From assembly GCA_964016885.1 (NCBI GenBank), contig OZ024741.1, positions 317,378,001-317,442,000 on the forward strand: DNA of 64,000 nt, read 5' to 3'. The translations under genes and the position numbers were made by a program. The stretch comes from Eledone cirrhosa (taxonomy: Eukaryota). Positions within the stretch are counted from its first letter, which is position 1. Every line of letters starts with the position of its first letter. Positions 38,223 through 51,065 of the stretch are shown piece by piece. The notes below the pieces were generated by a model. That model was not told the origin of the DNA. It saw only the letters and a list, made by a program, of their open reading frames with translations, and did not search any database.

Positions 38223-39299
38223 CATACATATAAACATACACATATACATACATGCATATATACATACATACAGACATACATTCATACATATATAGATATA
38301 TACATTCATACATACATACATACATATATACATACATATATACTTACAAATATACATATATACATACATACACACACGTATACATACATATACATACACA
38401 CATACACACATACATACATACATACATACATACATACATACATACATACATACACATACACACATACACATATACACACATACACACATACATACACCAA
38501 CACATACACGCACATACATATATATATATACATGTATACATACATACATACATACATCCATAACGACATACATACATACATACACATGCATACATACACA
38601 TACACACACATGTACACATCAACACATGTACACATACACACACACATTCAGTGCATGTACAAATAACACAGAAAAAACACTTGCATACGTCACACATACA
38701 TACATACATACATACACACGCATACGCACACCTACCCATGCAAACATACATACATACATACGTACATATATACATACATACATGCAACGCATAAAACATA
38801 ACATAAATACACACACTCATACACACATACACGAAAGAGAGAAAACACACACATACACACACAGCTTTACACACGTACACACACACACATGTAGGCACAT
38901 ACTTCATAATACCCACATATGTACACGCACACATGCACACACGTAAACGCATTACGTACATACATACACACACGCGCGTACGTGCACACATTTGTGGTTA
39001 CATACTTTGTAATAAACACATACACTGTAAACTCATGTACACACACACACACATAGTCACATGTTAAGAACTACCCACACATGTACACAGATGTACACAA
39101 GGGAATATTATCTAACACAATATATTTCAATAATAAAAAGTCACACCTCATTGAACAAGGGATCAGTTTCCGTTGAACCATAACTTCAACCATGCTTTTT
39201 GATTTTCTGTTGTAGTCAATTTATTACGCATGCGCTATGATGTTCACTGGATATGGATGAAAGTAAGGACCTTTCTGGGAATTTGGCAGAAGCAGTAGC

Positions 39300-40020
39300 A
39301 CTTCAGATGGAAACATTTGCGATAATTGTTCCGGTGCCTTGCGTTATAAGTTCAAATTTTACCGAGGTCAACTTTGCTTTTCATCCTTCTGGGAACGATA
39401 AATGAAATATCAGTGTAGGGGCGGTTAGCGAGCAGAACCAATAAAATGCAGGACAAAGTGCCTTGCGGTGTTTGTCTTGGACCCCTGCATTCCGAGAACC
39501 AATCATTCGATTTTCGGACAGGATGCTTTTTGCCTTATTTGTTCCGGCTCTTTACGTTCTGAGTTCAAATCCTACCGAAGTCAATTTCGCCTTTCATCCT
39601 TCTGAGGTCGATAAATAAACTGCCATTCTACGGCTGTCGATTGACAAAGTCGTTTGAGCGTCGGGTAAGATGCCTTGTGTTATTTATTCCGACACCATGC
39701 ACTCTGATTTCAAACCCCACCGTAGTCACCTATGCGATTATGTTCAGAACTGGATACATATGGGCGCCCCTACAACTATATCAAAAGTTAAGGACTCATT
39801 GACAAATGACTTAATGAATGTCAACGTTATTATTCGGTGGATTGGCAGTATCGGTAGAGGGTCGGACGCTATGCTTTGACGCATAGAGTTACGCCCCTTG
39901 CCATTCTGAGTTCGAATCCCGCCGAGGTTAACTTTGCCTTTCCTCCGGGGTCGATAAAATAAAGTACCAGTAATGCACTGGGTAATTGCTGGCCTTGTGC
40001 CAAAAGGTAGAAACAGTTAT
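39300..40020 (+). mobile_element. Cluster of tRNA-derived SINEs (degraded copies plus one young copy at 39834-40020)
   Basis: Repeated GTTCAAAT..GAGGTCAACTTTGC.TTTCATCC; full A and B boxes in the last copy. Confidence 0.8.
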
Positions 40021-40039
40021 TATTCATATTTATAAAACA

Positions 40040-40460
40040 GAGTTCCTGACGAACAGTCTAGTTTTCGGCCCAGATGCAGCACAGCCGACCAAATATTCAC
40101 TCTGGGGTAGGTATTTGAGAAGTCGTGAACGCTTGTTTCGAAGAGGTCGAGAAGACATACAACCGCGTTCCACGGGACTTGTGGAAGGTTCTGCTGCAGT
40201 ATGGGCTCGATGAACAGCTTCTTGTTACCTTGAAGTCTTTATATTGGGCAAAAGCAGCCAGCAGAACACCCCAAGGGTAGACCATGAGTAAGATAATTGG
40301 ATAACAACCATGAGCTCGGTTGGTCTCGCCGGATCAATTAGAGACAGTTGCTTCTGATATGACTCGCTAGAAGGCGTGCTTGAGGAGTCATCTCCCACGA
40401 CCCTCTCAAGAAGAAGAAGAAGAAGAAGAAGAAGAAGAAGAAGAAGAAGAAGAAGAAGAA
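40040..40460 (+). mobile_element. Internally deleted RTE-clade LINE remnant with (GAA)n tail
   Basis: FRPRCSTADQIFTL and CFEEVEKTYNRVPRDLWKVLLQYGLDEQLLVTLKSLY (RTE RT motifs), joined to a PKGRP C-terminal-like segment. Confidence 0.7.
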
Positions 40461-40791
40461 GGCTGGTGTCCATCGTTTCTGGTGAGGTGGTGGAACAGGA
40501 CTGGAGTTATTGTGATTGTGGGGTGGGGGGTAAGGATGGTGATTGTAGTACGGGAAAAGATTACTCATCATCAAATGTTTCATCATCATCATCACAATCA
40601 TCATCTGTACCATAATCATTACCGTCATCATCATTACCATCATCATCATCACAACCATTATCTGCACCATCATCATCACAACCATCATAATCATTTCCAT
40701 CATCAACAACGATAAAAACAATGGTACCAATATTTTTAAAAAACTTTGATGTTCAACATCTATCGAAACATTGCGTATTATTGCTATTTTT

Positions 40792-40794
<3 letters not shown>

Positions 40795-40847
<53 letters not shown>

Positions 40848-41244
40848 AACAACAACAATACCAACAACAACAACAACAATAGTAACAACAACAATACCAA
40901 CGACAACAACAACAACAATGACAACAACAATAACAACAACAACAATAACAAGAACAACAACAATAACAACAACAATAACAACAGCAACAACAACAATAGT
41001 AACAACAACAACAACAATAGTAACAACAACAACAACAACAATAGTAACAACAACAATAACAACAATACCAACAACAACAATAACAATGACAACAACAATA
41101 ACAACAACAACAAGAATAACAACAACGACAACAACAATAACAACAACAACAATAACAACAACAACAACAACAACAGCAGCAGCAGCAAAAACAACTACAA
41201 CAAAAACATACCATAACTATTGATACCACCACCACAACCACTTT

Positions 41245-41297
<53 letters not shown>

Positions 41298-42260
41298 TTT
41301 GAATGTTCTAATTAGATATGCTTCAGTATTTTTTGTTAATCGAATATTGATTGGTTTACAAGTAATTTGCATAATGGCGGGAAAAAATTAATTCTGTTTG
41401 AAATAAACAGACAAAACATATTCCTGTCAATCAAAGACATTATATATGTTGGTGGTGGTGGTGATGGTTGTGGTGGTGGTGGTGGTGGTGGTGATGGTTG
41501 TGGTGCTGATGTGGTGGTAGCGGTGGTGATGTTGATGGTTGAGGTGGTGATGTGGTGGTGGTGGTGGTGATGGTGGTGGTCGTCGTTGTCGTCGTCGTCG
41601 TCGTTGTTGTTGTTGGTGGTGGTGGTAGTAGTGGTTGTGGTGGTGGTGGTGGAGATGTTGATGGTGGTGGTGGTGGTGGTGGTGCCGGTAGTGGTGGTGG
41701 TGGTGGTTGTCGTCGTCGTCGTCGCTGGTGCTGGTGGTGGTGGTTGGTGGTGGTGGTGGTGGTTGTAGTGGTGGTGGTTGTGGTTGTGGTTATGGTAGTC
41801 ATTGGTGGTGGTGATGGTGGTGGCGGTGGCGGTAGTGGTGGTGGTGGTGGTGGCGGTTGTAGTGGTTGTGGTGGTGGTGATGGTGGTGGTGGTGATGGTA
41901 GTCATTGGTGATGGCGATGGTGGTGGTGGCGGCGGTGGTGGTGGTGGTGGTGGTTGTAGTGGTGGTGGTGGTGCTGGTGGTTGTGGTTGATATTATTATT
42001 GTTATTGATGCTATTGTTGCTGTTGTTATTGCAGTAGTGATTGAGGATGATGTTGTTATTATTGATACCGTCGTTGCTGCTACTGCTGCTGTTGTTGTTA
42101 TTGTTATTATTGTTGGTGTTGCTGCTGCTGCTTTATACTGATATTGATGTTGTAGTTGTTTGCAATAATACTATTGATGTTATTTCCTATATTGCTGTGA
42201 CTAATACCACTACAACTACTAGTACGATATTTACCCCCACTACTACTACTACCACCACCA
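40795..42260. repeat. (AAC)n, (TAG)n and (GGT)n trinucleotide tracts
   Basis: Simple repeats. Confidence 0.9.
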
Positions 42261-42399
42261 CCACCATTATTTTTTTCTTTCCAGTACTTCCTATACATAT
42301 ATATATATATATATATATATATGTTACACTCCCTGGATATATATATATATATTTATATATATAAATATATGAGCTTCAGATTACATCGAGATTACATTA

Positions 42400-43125
42400 T
42401 ATTTGATGCAGAATGGTGAGCAATTACATTATCCATAGATTCAGCTAAGGAATTGCCCTGGAAAAATGGTTTTCTATTTACTGATAGTCTATCGAACCTA
42501 GAACTGCTTCAGTCAAGAAAAGGGGTCGATGAGAACTCTCTGCTAAAAATAGATAACTACCTTTCAGAAAATAATTTTTAAAAATAACAGTGATTTGGAT
42601 ACCGGACCGTACATATATTAGAGGAAATAGGAAAGTAGACGAACTAGCAAAAGAGGGAGAACAAACGGAAATAATATATATAGACTAGATCCTAAATATT
42701 TCGCAGGTAAAATCATTTAGAAAACAAATAATTAGTCAAAGATGTGAAATAGTTTGGGAAGAATCCAAAGATAAGCTTACAAATTTCAATCCCCCACGTT
42801 CTCAACCAAATTTGACAACATTCAAAACTTATCGATCAAAAAAGATTATGCTCGCTCACGAACTGGACCTATATTTTTGAACTACTCTCAAGAATAGGTC
42901 GTAGAGATTCACCTCTATGTTCTTGCGGTGAATCTCCAGAAACTCTTTGACACTATTTGGTCCAATGTAGAAACTATCAGTCTGAGAGAGAGGCCATATT
43001 GAAACCAATCTTTAAAAAACTACCAACATTGCAAGTTCAATATATAATTAAAGGTCTACCAAATATAAACAAAATCTTTGACTACATGGAAGTTACGAAA
43101 AGATTCAACAAGAGAATCTTCTAGC
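42400..43125 (+). pseudogene. RNase H plus CCHC 3' fragment of an I/Nimb-like LINE
   Basis: FLFTDSLSNLELL..; VIWIP..IRGNRKVDELAK; SPLCSCGESPETL*HYLVQC. Confidence 0.7.
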
Positions 43126-43224
43126 TGCTTTACAGCTTCCCTTGTTTCCTCTTTTCTTTCTTTTTTTTCGTTTTATGCACAATCTGCCTCCCATTGACAT
43201 TCAATATTTGAATTTTATTTTTGT

Positions 43225-43712
43225 TTTGTTATCGCGTGTAGGACGGATCTGGCTGAAGATCACCCCGCCGCCTTGTTTTGGCCCGGAAGGAAGGACAGTT
43301 TTCATATGTCCGGTGGACGTATCGAAGGAGGTTGTCTAGTGGATGTGACTGAAAAGACTGAAGACAGACACTTTCCTCTTCTGTCAAACCGTCATCAACG
43401 TTTCCAAGTTTCACTTGAAAAGGAATGTGAGGGTAAAGAGGGAAGAGCTGCCCCCAGTAAATTTGTTAAAAGGTGGGTGAATGTAGCGAGAATATCCCAA
43501 ATGAATAGTTCTCTTGGCGATTAGGCTGGTTTTGAATCTGTAGGGTTCCTAAACTACCCCTGGGTGACGCTCCTTAATATTGCGGGAATACTATTGTTTT
43601 AATGTATTATTTTTGTTACCTGTTTACACGATTAATTATGTACATCCTCTTTGTCGTTATTCATTTGTACTGTACCTTGTTTCTTTGGCCCTAGTGGCCA
43701 ATAAAGAAATTA
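43225..43712 (+). mobile_element. Older Tx1-like subfamily 3' fragment
   Basis: LSRVGRI..PPP.F..EG..VF..KEVV; PSKFVKRWVNVAR; ends GTGGCCAATAAAGAAAT. Confidence 0.75.
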
Positions 43713-43734
43713 TAATTATTATATTATTACTATT

Positions 43735-44530
43735 AGCTGGATCATTAGCAAGTTGGACAAAATGCTCTTTACATTCTGAGTTCAAATCCTTCCAAGGTTA
43801 ACTTTGCCTTTCATCATTCCGAGCGACGATAAAATAAAGTACCAGTCATACACTGGCATACTGATGTAGATTTAATCGACTTAAACCTCCCTAGAAATTA
43901 TTGGCCTTCTGCCTAAATTAAGAATCATTGGATTGGCAGTATCAGTAGAGGGTCGGAGACCATGATTTATAGCAAAGAGTTACGCCCCTTTACGGTCTGA
44001 GTTCAAATCCCGTCGAGGTTAACTTTGCCTTTCATCCTTACGGAGTCGATAAAATAAAGTACCAGTAATGTACTGGGTAATTGCTGGCCTTGTGCCAAAA
44101 GTAGAAACAATTATTATTCCGGTGGATTGGCAGTATCGGTAGAGGGTCGGACGCCATGCTTTGCAGCACAGAGTTACGCCCCTTTATGATCTGAGTTCAA
44201 ATCCCGCTGAAGTTAAATTTGCCTTTCATCCTTACGGGGTCGATAAAATAAAGTACCAGTCACGCACTGGGGTCGATTTAATCGACTTTCCCCTCCCCCA
44301 AAATTGCTGGCTTTGTGCCTATATAAGAAACCATTATTATTCCGGTGGATTGGCAGTATCTGTAGAGAGTCGGACGCCATGCTTTGCAGCATAGAGTTAC
44401 GCCCCTTTACGGTCTGAGTTCAAATCCCGCTGAGGTTAACTTTGCCTTTCATCCTTATGGGGTCGATAAAATAAAGTACCAGTAATGCACTGGGATAATT
44501 GCTGGCCTTGTTCCAAAAGTAGAAACAATT
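43735..44530 (+). mobile_element. Head-to-tail array of four tRNA-derived SINEs
   Basis: Copies at ~43735, 43930, 44120 and 44342; long and short subtypes alternate. Confidence 0.88.
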
Positions 44531-44750
44531 ATTATCCCTCTGTTTTACCACAGACCAAGAAAGGAAAGTCCGCATTAAGACAACAAAGTTTCTCTCTTAG
44601 TCACTCGCCCCATCTCCCCACCCTCGCCGCATACTATCACCTCTTCCAACGTCTTTCAACATGATGGGACAGATTTAGTACCATCGTTTTCTTTTGCTGT
44701 CCTCCACCTGTGCGGCTGCGCATAATAGACCTATTCAATTCGTTTCCGGT

Positions 44751-44784
<34 letters not shown>

Positions 44785-45180
44785 TACACACACACACACA
44801 TACTCCCACACACTCGCGCACATACAAACTCTTGGCGAAATTAATATATGCATGTGTATGTAAAAATATTTATATACATATGTCTATAAACACTTATAGA
44901 CACACATATAGATAAACATATATGTATATATGTGTGTGTGTATATGAATGTATATATATATATATATATGTTTGTATATATGCATATAAATATGTATATA
45001 TATATATATTTATACGTGAGTCCCAGGTTTAATCGGGGTAACCATAATTAGTAAGGTACTCAATACATTAGTAGAGTGTAAACATCATGTTTAGTATGCT
45101 TTCTTGATGATTTCTTTTGAATGAAACAGTTCTAGTCATGTAGAAGCCATTTCTATATTAAACAGGATATATATATATAT

Positions 45181-45452
45181 ATATAAGTTAAAACAATGAA
45201 ATAAAAAATCAAGTCATTAGAAATATACTTCACTGCTTTACGATCGTTTCTAGGTGATGATAATACATTGTAACTATACTTTGTTATTGATCTATGTAAG
45301 GTTAGTTACAAAATATCAGATAAAGAGAATATTTACTTACATGCATATCACCAGCTGTTGTCAAAAGCAATGTATATTTCTAATGAGTTGATTTTTTATT
45401 TCATTGTTTTAACTTATATCATGACTAGACCCCACAACTTACCGTGGATATC

Positions 45453-45458
<6 letters not shown>
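45181..45458 (-). mobile_element. Small repeat with ~58-bp inverted arms and a decayed hammerhead-like core; relative at 15243-15390
   Basis: 45181-45239 is complementary to 45363-45419; GAAACGATCGTA on the minus strand in both copies; shared TAGACCCCACAACTTAC end. Confidence 0.55.
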
Positions 45459-45495
<37 letters not shown>

Positions 45496-45503
<8 letters not shown>

Positions 45504-45639
45504 TAAATCATGTCCTTAGAATTATTAGATAAAATATATACCATTTCCTCTCCCAATTAGCATAATTAATTATGCTAATTGGGAGAGGAAATGGTATATA
45601 TTTTATCTAATAATTCTAAGGACATGATTTATGATATAT
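45496..45639. repeat. Perfect loopless palindrome, 72-bp arms
   Basis: Centre CATAATT|AATTATG at 45567/45568. Confidence 0.95.
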
Positions 45640-45752
45640 TGCTCTGATTATTTAATTTATTAATTCTTCATAGAGCTACAACGTGACCGGTTGCAACATA
45701 TATATCTATGACTTTATGTTTATGTATATGTAAACCTTTATATGTAAACCTT

Positions 45753-45928
45753 TATATATGAATTAGATTAGAGCAGAAGATAAGGCGTCCGTCATCAGTG
45801 ATCTTCCAGCGGTCGTTGGTATTTCTTCGCATATATATATATATGTGTATATATATATATGCGAAGAAATACCAACGACCGCTGGAAGATCACTGATGAC
45901 GGACGCCTTATCTTCTGCTCTAATCTAA

Positions 45929-45938
<10 letters not shown>
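45753..45938. repeat. Inverted repeat with ~78-bp unique arms around a (TA)n spacer
   Basis: GAATTAG...TTCTTCGC (TA)n GCGAAGAA...CTAATTC. Confidence 0.93.
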
Positions 45939-46005
<67 letters not shown>

Positions 46006-46779
46006 CAGACCCCTTCTTCCTCCCGTTAGACCTGTGCGAAATTCCTTCCTTGCTCACATTTCAACCAGGTTTGATGGTCTTTATTCTCTCGTTCACGATT
46101 TCACCGAATTTAAATTCATAGAAATTTGGGACTTGTCTCCTTCTTCCTCACTTTCTGTTGCTTCACCATTTTGTTTGTTTACACTCGCGTCCCCTTTATT
46201 TACGTGTCCCAACGACTTTTTTTAGCCGTTGCTCGCACCAACCGGAGGTATATGGTCTTTAAAGCGATGAAATGCCTATGATGGTTGGAAGATCACTGAT
46301 GAAGGACAAACTTTTTTCATATGTAACCCATTTGCAACTCCGCAGCGCCCTTATTATCATATATATATATAGTGGGTGAAATGGAGACGTAACGACGGTT
46401 AAAGAACTAGAATAGAAAGGAGTATGGGGACTATATTAAAATGAAAGTGAAAATGAAGTGTAGATGAAAATATCATAAAAAGTAGTAAGAATGGAAGGAC
46501 GTGAAAAGGGAGAGGGAACAGGATGGGAGAGGGCGAGAAAGAGAGTAAGCGTGAGAGGACTATTTGCAGTAGATTGAATGTGTGAGTAGGGATATTTGCG
46601 TGCTTACCTACGTATGGATGTGCGTGTGTGTTACTGGTGCCTATGTCTATTTATGATTTGTATATACTGTATGTGAATATGTATGTGAATAAGTATGTTA
46701 AAAGGGAGAAGCGTGTGTAAGTGTGTGTGTGAGTGCGTGTGCGTGTGTGTAAGTGTGTGTGTGTGTGTGCGTGTGTGTA

Positions 46780-46820
<41 letters not shown>

Positions 46821-46977
46821 GTGTGTGCAGATGCGGGTGAATGAAGTGTTTTTTGTATTAAGGAAGTATGATATATGTGTATGTGTATTTCTACGTAAAT
46901 GTGTACGTATATCTTCTATATAGAGAGAATATGTGAATGTATATTAAAGAGAGAATATATATGTATGTGTGCATATA

Positions 46978-47040
<63 letters not shown>

Positions 47041-47069
47041 TTATATATATATATACATATATACATACA

Positions 47070-47122
<53 letters not shown>

Positions 47123-47127
47123 CATAC

Positions 47128-47158
<31 letters not shown>

Positions 47159-47173
47159 CATATATACATACAG

Positions 47174-47231
<58 letters not shown>

Positions 47232-47279
47232 CATATATACATACAGTATATATATATACACATATATATATATATATAT

Positions 47280-47325
<46 letters not shown>

Positions 47326-47501
47326 TGTGTATATATATACACATATTCGGATATATATCTACATAAATACGTATATATATATATATCTATATATATATTT
47401 ATTTATATATATATATATATATGTATGTATATATAAATGTATGCATGTGTGTATATATATGCATGTATATATATATGTATATATATATATGCATATATAT
47501 A

Positions 47502-47555
<54 letters not shown>

Positions 47556-47587
47556 TATATATCATATATATCTATACATATACTCAC

Positions 47588-47642
<55 letters not shown>

Positions 47643-47849
47643 ATAGAATGATAGTTGAATGTAGTCAAGGTTTTGTAGCTAGATTGGTTGTTACACATTG
47701 GTCGATAGGGGAAGAAGGGGGGAAGTAGTGGGTATGGAGCTATGAGAGTAAATAGACAGTTAATGCGTGATGGATCGATAGGTGTATTACTATAGACAGC
47801 TAGAGTGATTTCTACATAGAATTTTATATAGGGAACGAGGAGAGAGAGA

Positions 47850-47904
<55 letters not shown>

Positions 47905-48064
47905 GTACGTCTAGAGAGAGAAACGGGGAGTGGCTGATAGATAGATAGGTAGGTATGTTGGTAGGTAGGTAGGTAGGTGGGTAGGTAGGTAGGTAGGGAG
48001 GTAGGTATGTAGGTATGCATGTAGGTAGATAGATAGATAAAGATAAATAGATAGATAGATAGAT

Positions 48065-48124
<60 letters not shown>

Positions 48125-48295
48125 GGAGAGAGAGGGGGAGGTAGGAAGGTAGGCAGGTAGCTACATAGGTAGGTAGATAGGTCGAGAGAGAGATAGATAA
48201 CTCTTTTGACATATATCTACACGCACGTAAATTTTTTTTTTGTATGTATGTATACATACATACAAATACATATACACATTATCATGTGTGCCTGA

Positions 48296-48337
<42 letters not shown>

Positions 48338-48405
48338 ATCTACGTACAAACAATTTTAAGGGTGTGTAGATATGTTAAAAGAGTTATCTATCTAACCATC
48401 TATTA

Positions 48406-48504
<99 letters not shown>

Positions 48505-49418
48505 TACAATAAAGGTAAATGTAATTGACTATAACATACATACATACATAATATAACATAAGATAGACATATAGACACGTATCAAAATCTGAAGACAATA
48601 TACACACATATACCTACATATAAAAACACGTACATACACGCTCTTAGAAATGTATATAGATGCATAGATACATGAGGGGGGGGGGTGCAAAATGAAGGGA
48701 GGGGGATAGGGGAGAGAGGGGGAAGCGGAGAAGGGAGAGAATGAGAGAGACGGGTATAGAGGTTGGTAGAGTGAAAGGCGTGGAGAAACGGTTTTGATGG
48801 TTGCGGCTGCGGGGAATGGACAGGGAACAAAGGCGTGTGGGGGTGTAAGGGGGAGTAATGGTGAGTGCTGGAAACAGATTCCCTGAATGAACGACTGAAT
48901 GAATGAATGAATGAGTGAATGAGTGAATGAGTGAATGAGTTAAGTCAGAATAAGTCAGGTGACTGTTGATATGTGAATTGTAATGTAATGTCAGATTTGT
49001 ATTGCTTCAATAAACTGAATGGCTGACTAACAGCAACACGTGCTTACACCCCTATCTACATTTTCCTCCTGTTCTTTCTTTTCTTACTCTTATCTATCTT
49101 CCTTTTTCTTCTCCTCTCTCCCAAATATCGTCGCTTGTCCCTCAGTCTATCTTCGGATTAAGGACCAGCGTCCGAAACGTTAAGACATTCGATCTTTACC
49201 GGGCGCTATACAAATATACTATCATTGTATTGTATTCTAATTCTTCTCCAGTGTTATTTATCATTGCTGACTTTTAAGAGTCTGGAACTAGCTGTTGAAA
49301 CGGCAAGAGCTCAGCCGTCGGGTCCCGACTCTTTATAATATAGCCATACTCTACTACCCAAAGTATCGAGTACTCTGGTCAGTAATGGTCTAACCAGTTA
49401 CAAACTGAATCCATTCTG

Positions 49419-49456
<38 letters not shown>

Positions 49457-49573
49457 TCGCTCAATAAGAAAAAAAGAGTCGATGACAAGAAAAGGAATAA
49501 TTTGAACATGGTTTTCATGATGTTTACATAAATATATGCCTACACACACACACACACACACACACACACTCAT

Positions 49574-49645
<72 letters not shown>

Positions 49646-49665
49646 ATAAACACATACATACATAC

Positions 49666-50324
49666 ACAAAAGAGGAGGGTCATCAGGCGACAATAAATGT
49701 AGGCTTTGTAAAACAAAGATCGAAGATGTTTGACACATTGTTGCCAACTGCGAAAGAATGTTGTCTCGCTACTACCTCCCCATGAGACACGATGTGATAG
49801 CTAGTACCATCTGGAACGCACTTAGGGGAACAAAATTAAAAACAAATGAGGAGAAATACGTTGAGATAGATGGCACTAAAGAATACTGGTGGAACCTGAA
49901 AATAAAAACTGCCATCAAATTAAAGCACAACTGACCTGATATTGTTGTTTGGGACCACACATTGAAAACGTGCTCTCTTGATGTCAACGTTGTAAGAAAA
50001 ATACAAAAGGAGGACATCTATGGACCATTGATGAGGAGTTTGCAGATTCAGTATCCAAGATACACCTCCAGCTTCGTACCCATCATTATTGGAGCTACAG
50101 GTTATATACCAACCCATTTGGACCAATGTATAACTGAACTTGGATTTGTGGACAAAGAGCGCAGCTCCTTAATTCATAGTCTACAAATGGCTGCGATAGC
50201 TGGCACCTTCAAAATTTGCAAAACATTCTTGCGATTCAAGGGATGACAATTTCTTTTCTTTTACAACGTTGCCACTAGGAAGGTGGCCGGTCAAAAATGT
50301 GCTTGAAATGAAGAGAAAGAAAAA
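49666..50324 (+). mobile_element. R4/Dong-like LINE subfamily B, 3' portion (CCHC plus RLE)
   Basis: [18 protein letters not shown]; RHDVIA; PDIVVWD; K.DIYGPL..VPIIIGATG; CATA repeats at both ends. Confidence 0.82.
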
Positions 50325-50770
50325 CATACATACACCACAGCTTATAGTTATTCATCATCCATAATACTAAGATTCATCAAACCAGGTTGGCCCAATTTGC
50401 ATAACAGTGCATTCATTGATAACGTGCATATATATTATTTCATTCATTTCTTAACAACGTGCAACAAATTGCTGTTATCTGAATCCTTGTTTGTATACAA
50501 TACACATCGCTATAAGCTGCTTATCTTTTCGTGGACAGAAAGTGAATGTTCTTTCTCTAATGTTAAACACTTCGGATCAATCTCATGTTTTATACCCACG
50601 ATAATAGAAAACTGTCGTCAAAAATGTTCATTCCTTTATACAACAAGGCTAAATTTATATTTTTCTTACAACAGCTTTAGACTGCATTTCAAATTTTACA
50701 CACACAATGACACACATACTCATGCATGTGTGTATAGGTATATATATGTGTGTGTGTGTATGTATGTGTG

Positions 50771-50824
50771 TATCTATCTGAGGCAAGACGAAACCGCTTG
50801 GCGCCGCGGTCGGGATTTTACACA

Positions 50825-50860
<36 letters not shown>

Positions 50861-50874
50861 AATACATGTGTGTG

Positions 50875-50935
<61 letters not shown>

Positions 50936-50978
50936 CAGACGGCGGCGCCAAGCGGTTTCGACGTATCTCAGATAGATA
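50771..50978. mobile_element. Possible MITE with GC-rich terminal inverted repeats around (TA)n
   Basis: CGAAACCGCTTGGCGCCGC (50789-50807) is the exact reverse complement of 50942-50960; outer TATCTATCTGAG / CTCAGATAGATA. Confidence 0.55.
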
Positions 50979-50981
50979 GAT

Positions 50982-51014
<33 letters not shown>

Positions 51015-51065
51015 CATACATACATACATACATACATACATACATACATACATACATACATACAT

